Source of the DNA: Actinomycetota bacterium
Lineage (GTDB): Bacteria > Actinomycetota > Actinomycetes > Nanopelagicales > Nanopelagicaceae
DNA: 64,000 bases
Reading direction: 5' to 3'
Assembly: GCA_947372915.1 (NCBI GenBank)
Contig: CANBVO010000001.1
Coordinates: 13,907-77,906 of the forward strand
Part shown: piece by piece, positions 48,447 through 57,815 of the stretch
How positions within the stretch are numbered: the stretch's first letter is position 1
Layout: each line of letters starts with the position of its first letter
The notes under the pieces: model-generated
The model's database searches: none
What the model saw: only the letters and a program-made list of their open reading frames with translations
Told to the model about the DNA's origin: nothing
Translations under genes and position numbers: made by a program

Positions 48447-49265
48447 ATGTCGGCTTCACTCAACATTCAGAGCACCTGCACCGGAGTCATTGGTGTGGGC
48501 AATATGGGCGAAGCACTCCTTGCTGGCCTTCTTCAAGCCGGAACACCTGCATCAAATATCTGCTTTTCGGAGAAGCGAGATGATCGCGCAGCAGAAATCT
48601 CCGCCAAATACGGCGCTACTCGAAAGAGCAATCTGGATATCGCCAAAGATTGCCAGGCCATTCTCTTAGTTACCAAGCCACAAGATTTAGAAGCACTTCT
48701 TCTCGAAATTTCACCATCACTCTCCAGTGATGTCCTTCTCGTCAGCTTTGCCGCCGGTAAGACCACTGGCTTTATCGAGAAGAGCATTAATAAAGGGGCA
48801 GCAGTAATTCGAGTCATGCCTAATACGCCAGCCCTCATCGGTAAAGGCGCCTCCGGAATTTCAGCAGGAAGCAATGTATCTGCGGCACAACTCAAGTTCG
48901 TCAGTGATTTTCTTAGCGCTTCCGGTGAAGTCGTTACTGTTCCCGAAAATTTGCAAGATGCTATTACCGCACTCAGCGGATCGGGTCCAGCATATTTCTT
49001 TGCATTTGTTGAAGCGATGGTTACTGCTGGCAAGAGCCTTGGTCTGAGCGAAGAGATTGCTACTCAACTCACTGTGCAAACTATCTATGGTGCAGCGGGA
49101 ATGTTAATAGAGAGCGGAAAGAGTGCAACAACTCTTCGCGAAAATGTAACCAGCCCCAACGGCACCACTGCTGCTGCGCTTGCCTCGTTTAATGAAGGTG
49201 GACTAGAGAACTTAGTACTTAAAGCAATGACTGCAGCGAGGGATCGTTCTCAGGAATTAGCGTGA
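48447..49265 (+). CDS. proC: Pyrroline-5-carboxylate reductase
   Basis: 272 aa. IGVGNMGEALLAG NADP motif, VMPNTPA, SPNGTTAAAL. Confidence 0.92.
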   Translation: MSASLNIQSTCTGVIGVGNMGEALLAGLLQAGTPASNICFSEKRDDRAAEISAKYGATRKSNLDIAKDCQAILLVTKPQDLEALLLEISPSLSSDVLLVSFAAGKTTGFIEKSINKGAAVIRVMPNTPALIGKGASGISAGSNVSAAQLKFVSDFLSASGEVVTVPENLQDAITALSGSGPAYFFAFVEAMVTAGKSLGLSEEIATQLTVQTIYGAAGMLIESGKSATTLRENVTSPNGTTAAALASFNEGGLENLVLKAMTAARDRSQELA

Positions 49266-50197
49266 AGATCTTTAAGGGCGCGCTTCTTCTTGCACTTGTA
49301 CTCTCGAACACTTCGCCAGCACTTGCCGCCACCAAAGTCATAAAGGTAGTGCCAGTAAAAGCGATTTCTTCGCTCACTTTTTCTGGTGCACCAGGAGACC
49401 AATTCTTTGGTGCTAGCACCTCTTCAAATTCCATTATTTACATCGGCACCGTTGAATCCGCTACGGCTACTCCAGCACTGGGAATGAGCGATGGTTATAT
49501 CGCCGCAATTTTGGCTACTGGAGTAAAGCAATGGGAGCTTCGCCTAGGGGGAGTCACTGACGATATTGCGACCGCAGTTGCCAAAGATAAGAGCGGAAAT
49601 TATTGGGTGCTTGGTGCAAGTTGTGATCCAGCTGTCAGCGTCGCAATAAATCCGGTTGCACCAGGAATAAATCCAGATAGCGCAACTGCCGAACCAACAA
49701 CCTCACCAACAACTTTTAATCGAATCTTTATCTGGAAGGTAAGTCCCACCGGCTCTCTCCTCGCCAGCTACAACTTGACCTCACCCCAATCTATTTTCCC
49801 TAAGACACTTACTTCGTCAGCAACCGGCTTCACAATTACTGGAGACCTCGCCGACTCAACGTCATTCACGCTCCCCATCGATAGCGTGGGAGTATTTGGA
49901 AGTATCTCACCACTCACACTTAAGAAAATTGTTCCGCAGGCAATAGACGTAATTGCGGCCGGAAGTTATACATTTAAGAGTTTTATTTCGAAGACCACAA
50001 TTCTTGGAATCCCAAGCTGGAAACCAAAGACGCCTACTCCAGTCGTATTGGAATACACCAAGGCAAAGACGTTGAAAGCGGCTTATTCCATCAAGGGAAC
50101 TGTAATTTTCCGTGCGTGGCAATCAGGCCTGGGACTCGTTCTTATTACTCAGGATGTTAATTCAACGTTGGTGTACGTCTTACCTTTAGTTGCTTAA
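49262..50197 (+). CDS. Secreted hypothetical protein (possible beta-propeller/SBBP-like repeats)
   Basis: 311 aa. Signal peptide MKIFKGALLLALVLSNTSPALAA and Ser/Thr-rich beta-strand-like composition. 4-nt overlap with proC. Confidence 0.55.
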   Translation: MKIFKGALLLALVLSNTSPALAATKVIKVVPVKAISSLTFSGAPGDQFFGASTSSNSIIYIGTVESATATPALGMSDGYIAAILATGVKQWELRLGGVTDDIATAVAKDKSGNYWVLGASCDPAVSVAINPVAPGINPDSATAEPTTSPTTFNRIFIWKVSPTGSLLASYNLTSPQSIFPKTLTSSATGFTITGDLADSTSFTLPIDSVGVFGSISPLTLKKIVPQAIDVIAAGSYTFKSFISKTTILGIPSWKPKTPTPVVLEYTKAKTLKAAYSIKGTVIFRAWQSGLGLVLITQDVNSTLVYVLPLVA

Positions 50198-52575
50198 GCA
50201 GCTTTAAACAAAGTTAATTTGTTCCCGTTGCTGACTACTGCATAACGCAACTTATTGAGGGTAATCCAGGCTGCATCAATCTTGGATGAGAAGGTGCTGG
50301 TTGAGACCAGAGTAATCTCTTGATCTGCACCATTTTCCGCACAAAGTCGTGACTGGCAGCCGAAGAGTGTTCCGGTTGCATCTAGCGCTAGCGGTGAATT
50401 TGGTGCACCGAATCGTTCGGTCGAAACTGTGGTCGGAGATCCACCAGTCAGAGCGTTCTTCAAATCTATCCAACGGATTTGATCTGGAACGGAGGGATTA
50501 ATCGTTGATGCGAACCAGGTCGCGCTCTGGGATTTACCATTATTAGAAAGAGCTACATCAAAACCAGCAACCGATAAGCCACTTCCGCTGCTATCAAGCG
50601 TGCTGTATTTCCAATCTTCCGGATATGCACTGTCTCGATAGGCCAAGCGAACTTCGCCACGAATCGCTTCCTTGGTATTAGTGTTGACGCTAATTACTGA
50701 GTCGTACAAGAGATATGCCCGAGCTCCAACTGCTGTTGCTTGCATATGGAAGCCAACATCGCCGGTCGTGCGGAAGTCAGTTGCGCGATCGCCATCGATT
50801 AATTCATATCGCCATTTCGTTCCATCTTTTACAGCGCCAAGCAGAATGCCCTGACTTTCGTCCCGATAAAAAACTTGTAGCCCGGATGGAGTGACGGCAC
50901 AGGCACTCTGAACACTGACATCACTACCTGTCCGAATTCGAAGCTTCTCTTGATACGGCTGCTTTATAGGACCGTTGCCATCGACAATGCTGTAGCTCCA
51001 TTTGCGTCCATCGTAGCCAGCCCAGCGAAGCCACTTCTTAGTTAAATCTGCGTAGAAAAGATTAAGAGTTGAAACTCCATTAACCGTGCCCACGCACATT
51101 GAGATATTTCCCGATACATCGTTCGGTGTTTTACCACCAGTGAGTGCGTTTCCGTCGACAACCTTTGTTGACCAAAGGCCAGCGTGAAAAGTAGCTAGTT
51201 TCAAATCGCCATTCTTACTGTCGCTATAGGCGATGATTGGCTCTTTGTTATATGTGCCGACAACTAGATTTTTCGCATCTGCAGAGGCGTCGAGAATCGA
51301 AGATTTCCATGCACTTTGTGGAATTACCGCATTGGTTGCCGCGGCATCCGAAACTCCAAGCGCATTCTTTGCGGTAATTGAAAAGGAATATGGATAGCCG
51401 TTTTTAAGGCCGGTTATCGTGACCGGACTGGAAGTAGAGACCTTGGTTATAGAACCAGGAGAAACTTTGATCTCGTAAGACGTCACTTGCGCAGTTCGAG
51501 CATTTGTCGGTGGATCAAAGGTGATAACTGCAGATTTATCACCAACGAGGGCTTTCACATTGCGTGGAGTTGTGGGGATTCCCACTGGAATTCCAGCTGG
51601 CGGCTTGATGAACATATCCTCAATCATCGCGATCGCCAACGGACCGGGATCGTGAAAAACTTCTCCCTGCGAAAGAGTTGGAGTCATTACTGCATTAGGT
51701 GTACCAGTAGGAAAGGTTGCTTCATCTAAGTGACTAATCGATGAACCGCTGGAGTAGTTAGCTGGTGTGTAGAGCAATGGTTTTACGCCGTTGTTTGCCG
51801 CAATACCTCGCGCGCCAGACCAGACTAATTTAGAAGTGAATGCATCTGCTAACTCTTTAGAAGGTGAATTGAGATCACTCAAGCGAGTGCCATCGGAGAG
51901 TTGAGAATAGGCATCAAACGGCGTCGCTTGCTGAATAGAGCCATATCCATAAAGAACGTCATCGTTAGAAATAAAGCCTAAGCCATGAGCAAGTTCGTGA
52001 ACGATGATGGATTCAAGGTCATATAACCCTGACGGACAGTTTCCATCAGTTCCCAAATAGAGAAGGGGAGTTATATTGCTATTAATCCGAATCGTGATTT
52101 CAGGGTTTGCAACATCTAAATCTTTCTTAGCTAGTGCATTAGCAATTGCAGATGGATACCAAAGATCCTTATCGGGCCCACCAGAAAAGGTCGCACCCAA
52201 GAAGAACTTAACAGGCGATGAAGATGCAAGAACACCAAGTGAAGATTGTCTGCCGTAAGTGGCTTCAATATGAATCGGTACTGATGAATTGAAGTTTGCC
52301 GACCAGATATCGACCGCGGCTTGAATAGCAGGCTGGTAAGCATAAGGAACAGTGTTGTAATTAACGATAAATGTAGAAGACTTATCTATATGAGCATCTT
52401 TATGTTGTTGGGTGGATGCGAGATGTCCAGCAGTAGTTGGCGCCCCTGAAGCGTAGGTGTATGCCCACCCGGCAGGAATTGAAACAACCGATTGAGCTTG
52501 TGCTGGTGAGAGTGCGGGCGCACTTACCAATGAGCCCAAAAGGACTAATACGAAGGTGAGGGATCTGCTTTTCAC
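50194..52575 (-). CDS. Secreted multidomain protein: HExxH metalloprotease-like domain, fibronectin type III domain, C-terminal repeat (propeller-like) domain
   Basis: 793 aa with signal peptide. HELAHGLGF at residues 193-201 (51973-51999). Fn3-like PRNVKALVGDKSAVITF...YEIKV...ITGLKNGYPYSFSITAKN. Four spaced W-x-[YT]-x-x-[VIL]-D-[GS] repeats. Confidence 0.65.
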   Translation of the reverse strand: MKSRSLTFVLVLLGSLVSAPALSPAQAQSVVSIPAGWAYTYASGAPTTAGHLASTQQHKDAHIDKSSTFIVNYNTVPYAYQPAIQAAVDIWSANFNSSVPIHIEATYGRQSSLGVLASSSPVKFFLGATFSGGPDKDLWYPSAIANALAKKDLDVANPEITIRINSNITPLLYLGTDGNCPSGLYDLESIIVHELAHGLGFISNDDVLYGYGSIQQATPFDAYSQLSDGTRLSDLNSPSKELADAFTSKLVWSGARGIAANNGVKPLLYTPANYSSGSSISHLDEATFPTGTPNAVMTPTLSQGEVFHDPGPLAIAMIEDMFIKPPAGIPVGIPTTPRNVKALVGDKSAVITFDPPTNARTAQVTSYEIKVSPGSITKVSTSSPVTITGLKNGYPYSFSITAKNALGVSDAAATNAVIPQSAWKSSILDASADAKNLVVGTYNKEPIIAYSDSKNGDLKLATFHAGLWSTKVVDGNALTGGKTPNDVSGNISMCVGTVNGVSTLNLFYADLTKKWLRWAGYDGRKWSYSIVDGNGPIKQPYQEKLRIRTGSDVSVQSACAVTPSGLQVFYRDESQGILLGAVKDGTKWRYELIDGDRATDFRTTGDVGFHMQATAVGARAYLLYDSVISVNTNTKEAIRGEVRLAYRDSAYPEDWKYSTLDSSGSGLSVAGFDVALSNNGKSQSATWFASTINPSVPDQIRWIDLKNALTGGSPTTVSTERFGAPNSPLALDATGTLFGCQSRLCAENGADQEITLVSTSTFSSKIDAAWITLNKLRYAVVSNGNKLTLFKAA

Positions 52576-52683
52576 AATGCGAAAACGCTAGCAGTCGCCG
52601 GCAGGGGCCAGCGCCAGAATGGGCTTTCGAGGCGAAATGCTCAGATATTCTTGAGGTTACGGGCTCGAGAAAGGCGTAAATAA

Positions 52684-52932
52684 GTGTCGATTGAAGTCAC
52701 GATCTATTCACGCGCTCATTGCCACCTCTGTGAAGTAGCTATGGCGACCTTGCTGGAATTACAGAAGGATCTGGAATTCGAGATTGATAAGAAATTAATT
52801 GATGGCAACCCCGAGTTAGAGAAGCAGTATGGCGAGCAAGTGCCCGTCATATTAATTAATGGCGCAATGCACGACTTCTTTAGAGTTGACCCCGAACGAT
52901 TTAGGAATTCAATATCTCGTCTGCATCAATGA
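52684..52932 (+). CDS. Glutaredoxin-like small protein (DUF836-type, CxxC)
   Basis: 82 aa. YSRAHCHLCE active-site-like CxxC, VPVILING thioredoxin-fold cis-Pro region. GTG start. Confidence 0.7.
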   Translation: MSIEVTIYSRAHCHLCEVAMATLLELQKDLEFEIDKKLIDGNPELEKQYGEQVPVILINGAMHDFFRVDPERFRNSISRLHQ

Positions 52933-54544
52933 TGCGATAGGCATAGCCCTGTTCGGCTAAGAAGCGTTGCCGGTTCTGCGCGAAATCTTGATCAACAGTG
53001 TCGCGCGCAACTACGGAGTAGAAGCGAGCACCACGGCCATCTTTCTTAGGGCGCAGGATTCGACCAAGTCGCTGTGCTTCTTCTTGGCGAGAACCAAATG
53101 TTCCGGAGACCTGAATTGCAATGGTCGCTTCAGGTAAATCAATCGAAAAGTTTGCGACTTTAGATACGACCAGACAAGTAATTTCTCCAGTTCGATAAGC
53201 GGCAAAGAGTCGTTCGCGTTCTTTAAGCGGGGTGTCGCCTTTAATGAGTGGAACGCCAAGCTCTTCTGAGAGCGCATCTAATTGATCGATGTACTGACCG
53301 ATAATCAATACTTGTTCGCCTTCGTGTTGCTTAGCAAGCGCAATAGCAACTTTGCGCTTCGTCGCAGTGGTCGCACAGAAGCGATAGCGCTCTTCTGGTT
53401 CGGCGGTTGCATAAGCAAGACGTTCGGCATCAGTGAGTGTTACGCGAACTTCAACGCAATCAGCTGGTGCGATATAGCCCTGCGCCTCAATCTCTTTCCA
53501 GGGAACGTCATAACGCTTAGGACCAATGAGTGAGAAGACTTCACCTTCCATGCCATCTTCGCGAACTAAAGTTGCGGTGAGGCCAAGGCGCCGGCGTGAT
53601 TGGATATCAGCAGTAAAGCGAAAGATAGGTGCGGGAAGCAAGTGAACCTCGTCGTAGATAATCAAGCCCCAGTCGATGGCATCAAAGAGATCTAAGTGCG
53701 CATATAAACCTTGTTTACGAGTAGTCATTACTTGATAAGTAGCGATTGTGATGGGGCGGATCTCTTTTTTGGATCCGGAATACTCGCCAATTTCATCTTC
53801 GTGAAGCGAAGTGCGCTTGAGGAGTTCATCGCGCCATTGACGTGCAGCAACGGTATTAGTGACCAAGATGAGAGTTGTGGCTTGCGCATGCGCCATGGCA
53901 GCCGCGCCAACAATAGTTTTTCCAGCGCCGCAGGGGAGAACGACGACACCTGAACCGCCATGCCAGAAACCTTCAGCTGCCAGCTCCTGATATTTACGGA
54001 TGCTCCAGCCATCTTGAACAAGAGCAATATCGTGGTGTTCGCCATCTACGTAACCAGCAAAGTCTTCTGCGGGCCAACCTAATTTAAGAAGTGCTTGCTT
54101 AAGAAAGCCACGTTGACCTGGGTGAACAACAATTGTCTCTTCATCCAGCTGAAGGCCAAGCATGGGAGCAACCTTCTTGCCCCGAGTAACTTCTTTGAGA
54201 ACAGCAGGATCATTGGAGACGAGAACGAGGCCATGTACGGGATGCGCTTCTAAGCGAAGTCGGCCATAGCGAGACATGGTGTCCGCGACATCAACTAGAA
54301 GGGCATGAGGTACGGCGTATCGCGAATACTTCAGCAAAATATCAATGACTGCTTCAGCATCTTGACCAGCGGCGCGTGCATTCCATAAACCGAGTGGGGT
54401 CAAACGGTAAGTGTGAATGTGCTCGGGAGATTTTTCGAGTTCGGCGAAGGAGGCGATAGCACGACGACATTCGTCGGAGAGCAGATGATCTACATCAAGG
54501 AGAAGAGTCTTATCGCTTTGAACAATTAACGGGCCATCACTCAC
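52901..54544 (-). CDS. xpb: XPB/ERCC3-type SF2 DNA helicase
   Basis: 547 aa. Damage-recognition-like N-domain, Walker A LPCGAGKT, DEVH box (YDEVHLL), motif VI QRLGRILR. Confidence 0.88.
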   Translation of the reverse strand: MSDGPLIVQSDKTLLLDVDHLLSDECRRAIASFAELEKSPEHIHTYRLTPLGLWNARAAGQDAEAVIDILLKYSRYAVPHALLVDVADTMSRYGRLRLEAHPVHGLVLVSNDPAVLKEVTRGKKVAPMLGLQLDEETIVVHPGQRGFLKQALLKLGWPAEDFAGYVDGEHHDIALVQDGWSIRKYQELAAEGFWHGGSGVVVLPCGAGKTIVGAAAMAHAQATTLILVTNTVAARQWRDELLKRTSLHEDEIGEYSGSKKEIRPITIATYQVMTTRKQGLYAHLDLFDAIDWGLIIYDEVHLLPAPIFRFTADIQSRRRLGLTATLVREDGMEGEVFSLIGPKRYDVPWKEIEAQGYIAPADCVEVRVTLTDAERLAYATAEPEERYRFCATTATKRKVAIALAKQHEGEQVLIIGQYIDQLDALSEELGVPLIKGDTPLKERERLFAAYRTGEITCLVVSKVANFSIDLPEATIAIQVSGTFGSRQEEAQRLGRILRPKKDGRGARFYSVVARDTVDQDFAQNRQRFLAEQGYAYRIIDADEILNS

Positions 54545-55613
54545 GAATTAATTCCTTAATAAAAGCAGTTAGTAGGGAGATGCGACCGGGAACACTAGAG
54601 AGAATTAATTGTTCATTAGGTGCATGGGCGCCTTCGCCAACTGCACCGAGACCATCGAGCGTGCGTGCGCCCACTGCGGCGGCAAAGTTGCCATCACTGG
54701 CGCCACCAACAGATGCATGCCCAACTGGATCCATTCCGATGGACTTAGCTGCGCGTTCAAGAATTTCGTAAAGTTCCATGGTTGATGATGTTTCGAGTGG
54801 CGGACGATTAATTCCACCAGTAATTTCAATCTTCGCTTCTGGATGAACGACTGTAAAAGCTCGCACAGCAGTGTCTACTCGGGTGAGTTCTGCTTTGCTG
54901 AAAGAGCGGACATCTAAATCTAAAGTAGCAAGTGCCGGAACGGTATTGGTGGTGGTGCCGGATTGCATGGTTGTGGGAACAACGGTTGTGCCATGGGTTG
55001 AGTCCTGTAACGCGACTGCAGCTGCAACAACTGCCGCAATCTCGGTAGTGGCATTGATTCCCTTTTCTGGCTCGAGACCTGCGTGCGAAGCGCGACCTGT
55101 CACGGTGATGCGATACATCGCAGTTCCTTTGCGACCTGTCTTCACCTTGTAACCAAGACCTGCTTCAAGAACGAGGACTGCGGAAGCGTTCTTAGCCAGC
55201 CGTTCGATAAGTGCGCGAGATGTTTGGCTGCCTACCTCTTCATCGCTCGTTGCAACAACGGCAACAGAATCAGCTGCATCTGGAATTTCTGCAACTGCAT
55301 AAAGCGCTTGTAAGAAACCTGCCTTCATATCGAAGATCCCAGGGCCACGCGCGATGTCTCCTTCAACCGACCAGAGCGGTGAAAATGAATTATGTGGCCA
55401 GACCGTATCGAGATGGGCCAAGACGAGAATCTTTGGTGACTTGGCACCCCACCAGAAAACTGGTCGGCCTTGCTCTTCAATAACTTCTGCTGGTGAAGAA
55501 AGAAGTCGAGCAGCAATATCGCAAGCCAGATGTGCAACCTTTGTGCATGCCGCTAAATCCTCAGTCGGAGATTGGCATTCAACGAGTTCTTGCAGGTCGG
55601 CGATAAATGTCAT
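54537..55613 (-). CDS. M20-family metallopeptidase (carboxypeptidase G2/ArgE/DapE-like)
   Basis: 358 aa. LAHLDTV, SDEEVGS and GGASDGN metal-site motifs. 8-nt overlap with the xpb start. Confidence 0.75.
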   Translation of the reverse strand: MTFIADLQELVECQSPTEDLAACTKVAHLACDIAARLLSSPAEVIEEQGRPVFWWGAKSPKILVLAHLDTVWPHNSFSPLWSVEGDIARGPGIFDMKAGFLQALYAVAEIPDAADSVAVVATSDEEVGSQTSRALIERLAKNASAVLVLEAGLGYKVKTGRKGTAMYRITVTGRASHAGLEPEKGINATTEIAAVVAAAVALQDSTHGTTVVPTTMQSGTTTNTVPALATLDLDVRSFSKAELTRVDTAVRAFTVVHPEAKIEITGGINRPPLETSSTMELYEILERAAKSIGMDPVGHASVGGASDGNFAAAVGARTLDGLGAVGEGAHAPNEQLILSSVPGRISLLTAFIKELIRE

Positions 55614-55626
55614 GGTTAATTCTCTC

Positions 55627-57789
55627 TTATTCCGCCGGGCTCACGCCGGTAATTCGTGGAATTCGAAAGGTCTGCATCTCGCCCGTCGCATGGTCACGCG
55701 CGAGCAAGGTACCTAACGAGATGGAGACGGGATCGATGATGCGATTGGAGACGCCGCCATTGGTATCGGCATACCCGATAGTGAGACTTGCTTGCTGCTC
55801 GATATATTGATGAAGCAGATCTAGCGTCTCGTTGGCGGTTGTGCGAGGAACTTCTCGAGGCTTATGTGAAGTTGCACGTTCACCGGCACGAAGCGCGCGC
55901 ACGGCAGAGGTAAGGAGCACATCGGTTGGTGCGCTCTGGTCGCTAATGACTCGTGGCGGACGTGGTCTCGACTTCGCGCGACGGACTGCAGGAGCAGAGA
56001 CTAAAATTCCGGTTCCGTTCTCAGCCGCAGGTAAATATCCGGATTCGCGCAGCGCAGTCATTACTTCGTGCGCATCGATATCAGTGACGAGAACTTGTGG
56101 CGCTAACTTGCGCATCCGAAGGTGATCTAGATTCTTATCGTGCAAAATTTGTGCAATGAGACCTTCATCTTCGCAACGAAGATAAGAGCTTGCGGTACCG
56201 ATACGTAATTTTCCGTGGCGCTTAGCGACATCATTGATGAGATATTCCAGCGGTTGTGGAACCGGAGTCTTGGAAGTCTTCTTGAGAAAATCTCTAATTT
56301 GATCGCCAGTTTGGCCATGATCTAATCCGCGTCGGATGGATTGTTCGCTAAAGCGATAGACCGTGGCGCCACCACGACTTTCGATATCTGCAATTGTGCC
56401 AATCATATTTGCAAGCTCAAGAGTGAGTGGTCCCGGCGCAATCGCAGAGTTATCTGCTTGAATCAAAATATGATCTACTGGCTTAGGAAGTGCCGCTTGA
56501 ATACCTAAATCTTCATCACCATTAATAAGTGCGCCACCAAATGTAGAGAGTGCACCTTGACCAGATAGGCCTAACCATTCCGCTTCGCGAAGTGTCCATT
56601 CAATGTAATCCTTATTAAATCGTTGAGGCGCCATCCACTTAAGGTGCTCGTGAATGGAATCAAGTGCTGGATCAATTTCTGGATGTTGTTGAAGAACCCG
56701 AAGCGCAGCACGACGTATAGCTGGAACACCGGCGCGATCGAGTTCGGGCCCAAGCGGCGCAATATTCTTGCTGTCTGCTTTACCTACCAAACCACTCACT
56801 CGTGAGGTCTCAAGCCACAATGTGACTAATCCATGCCAGCGTTCTTCCATCTCGCGGGTGAGCCATAAATCAAAATTATTTGTCGGAAGAATTTGGTCAT
56901 CGGTATCGATGACAATCAGTCCGGCAATAAAGAGAAGTTCGGCAACAAAGGCTGCGCAATTTTCATCGATTCCTAGGTGCTCTGCACTCTTCTTGAGGTC
57001 ACGGACTCCAAGTCCACCAGAACGAAGTGCAACTGGAGGTTCATCGGACCAGTTGTGGGCGAGTTCTTCACACCAACGTAAGAACGAGGAGACATTCGCG
57101 ATTGCTGCTCGGTCCACTTCTTTCTGCTTACGAGCAGTACCAGTGAGTGCCGGCGGGGTAAGTGTTAACTCTTTATGAATCTTGCCGCCGCGGAGATGAA
57201 GGCCTACTTCACGGGGTAGCACAACGGTTTGTGAATCCATCGCTAGTAAAAGATGATTATCGAGCAACCAAGATATGACTGGACCGGGTTTCTTTAAGTT
57301 GCCCATTTCGCCGCGAGGAGGTCCCCACATCAATCTTTCTAGCATCGCTACCGCACCTGCTGGCGCATCTTTAAGAAGTGCAAAATTAACTTTGAGATTG
57401 GTAGGCAGGCGTGGACCAAGGCCAGCTGGTTCATCCCCAATGAGGTTGCGAACATTTCCTACAAGTCGAAATTTAGTTCCATCCTGATAAATCATCGCCC
57501 GAGTAAGAAGCGCCTCAATTTCGACGGCGATGCTCTTATCGGTGAGCGCTACGACATCGGCTTTAGCAAATGGCTCATCGAGCGTGCACATCGCGGTGAG
57601 GAGATCAATCTGAACTTTGTTGAGGTTTTCCAGCGCACGAATCAAGCTGGGCATTGAGTTTGCTCGAGCTGCAAAAGCAGAGAAATCAGTCGGGACCGGT
57701 GTGACTAAATCAGGACGAAGTTCAAAGAGCGCGCGAATAGCCTCATCGCTGCGAGAGCGGAGTTCATCTGCAAAGGAGGTCGTCGACAT
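55627..57789 (-). CDS. Large XPB-associated 'helicase-associated domain' protein, function unknown
   Basis: 720 aa with no ATPase motifs seen. Its size and its position next to xpb resemble the conserved actinobacterial xpb neighbour. Confidence 0.55.
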   Translation of the reverse strand: MSTTSFADELRSRSDEAIRALFELRPDLVTPVPTDFSAFAARANSMPSLIRALENLNKVQIDLLTAMCTLDEPFAKADVVALTDKSIAVEIEALLTRAMIYQDGTKFRLVGNVRNLIGDEPAGLGPRLPTNLKVNFALLKDAPAGAVAMLERLMWGPPRGEMGNLKKPGPVISWLLDNHLLLAMDSQTVVLPREVGLHLRGGKIHKELTLTPPALTGTARKQKEVDRAAIANVSSFLRWCEELAHNWSDEPPVALRSGGLGVRDLKKSAEHLGIDENCAAFVAELLFIAGLIVIDTDDQILPTNNFDLWLTREMEERWHGLVTLWLETSRVSGLVGKADSKNIAPLGPELDRAGVPAIRRAALRVLQQHPEIDPALDSIHEHLKWMAPQRFNKDYIEWTLREAEWLGLSGQGALSTFGGALINGDEDLGIQAALPKPVDHILIQADNSAIAPGPLTLELANMIGTIADIESRGGATVYRFSEQSIRRGLDHGQTGDQIRDFLKKTSKTPVPQPLEYLINDVAKRHGKLRIGTASSYLRCEDEGLIAQILHDKNLDHLRMRKLAPQVLVTDIDAHEVMTALRESGYLPAAENGTGILVSAPAVRRAKSRPRPPRVISDQSAPTDVLLTSAVRALRAGERATSHKPREVPRTTANETLDLLHQYIEQQASLTIGYADTNGGVSNRIIDPVSISLGTLLARDHATGEMQTFRIPRITGVSPAE

Positions 57790-57815
57790 AACTGGCTTAC
57801 TTTACCGGCGTTTTG

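Noticed and set aside
48533-49033. 166-aa minus-strand ORF
   Set aside because: It is antisense to proC, which has clear P5C reductase motifs. This is a shadow ORF.
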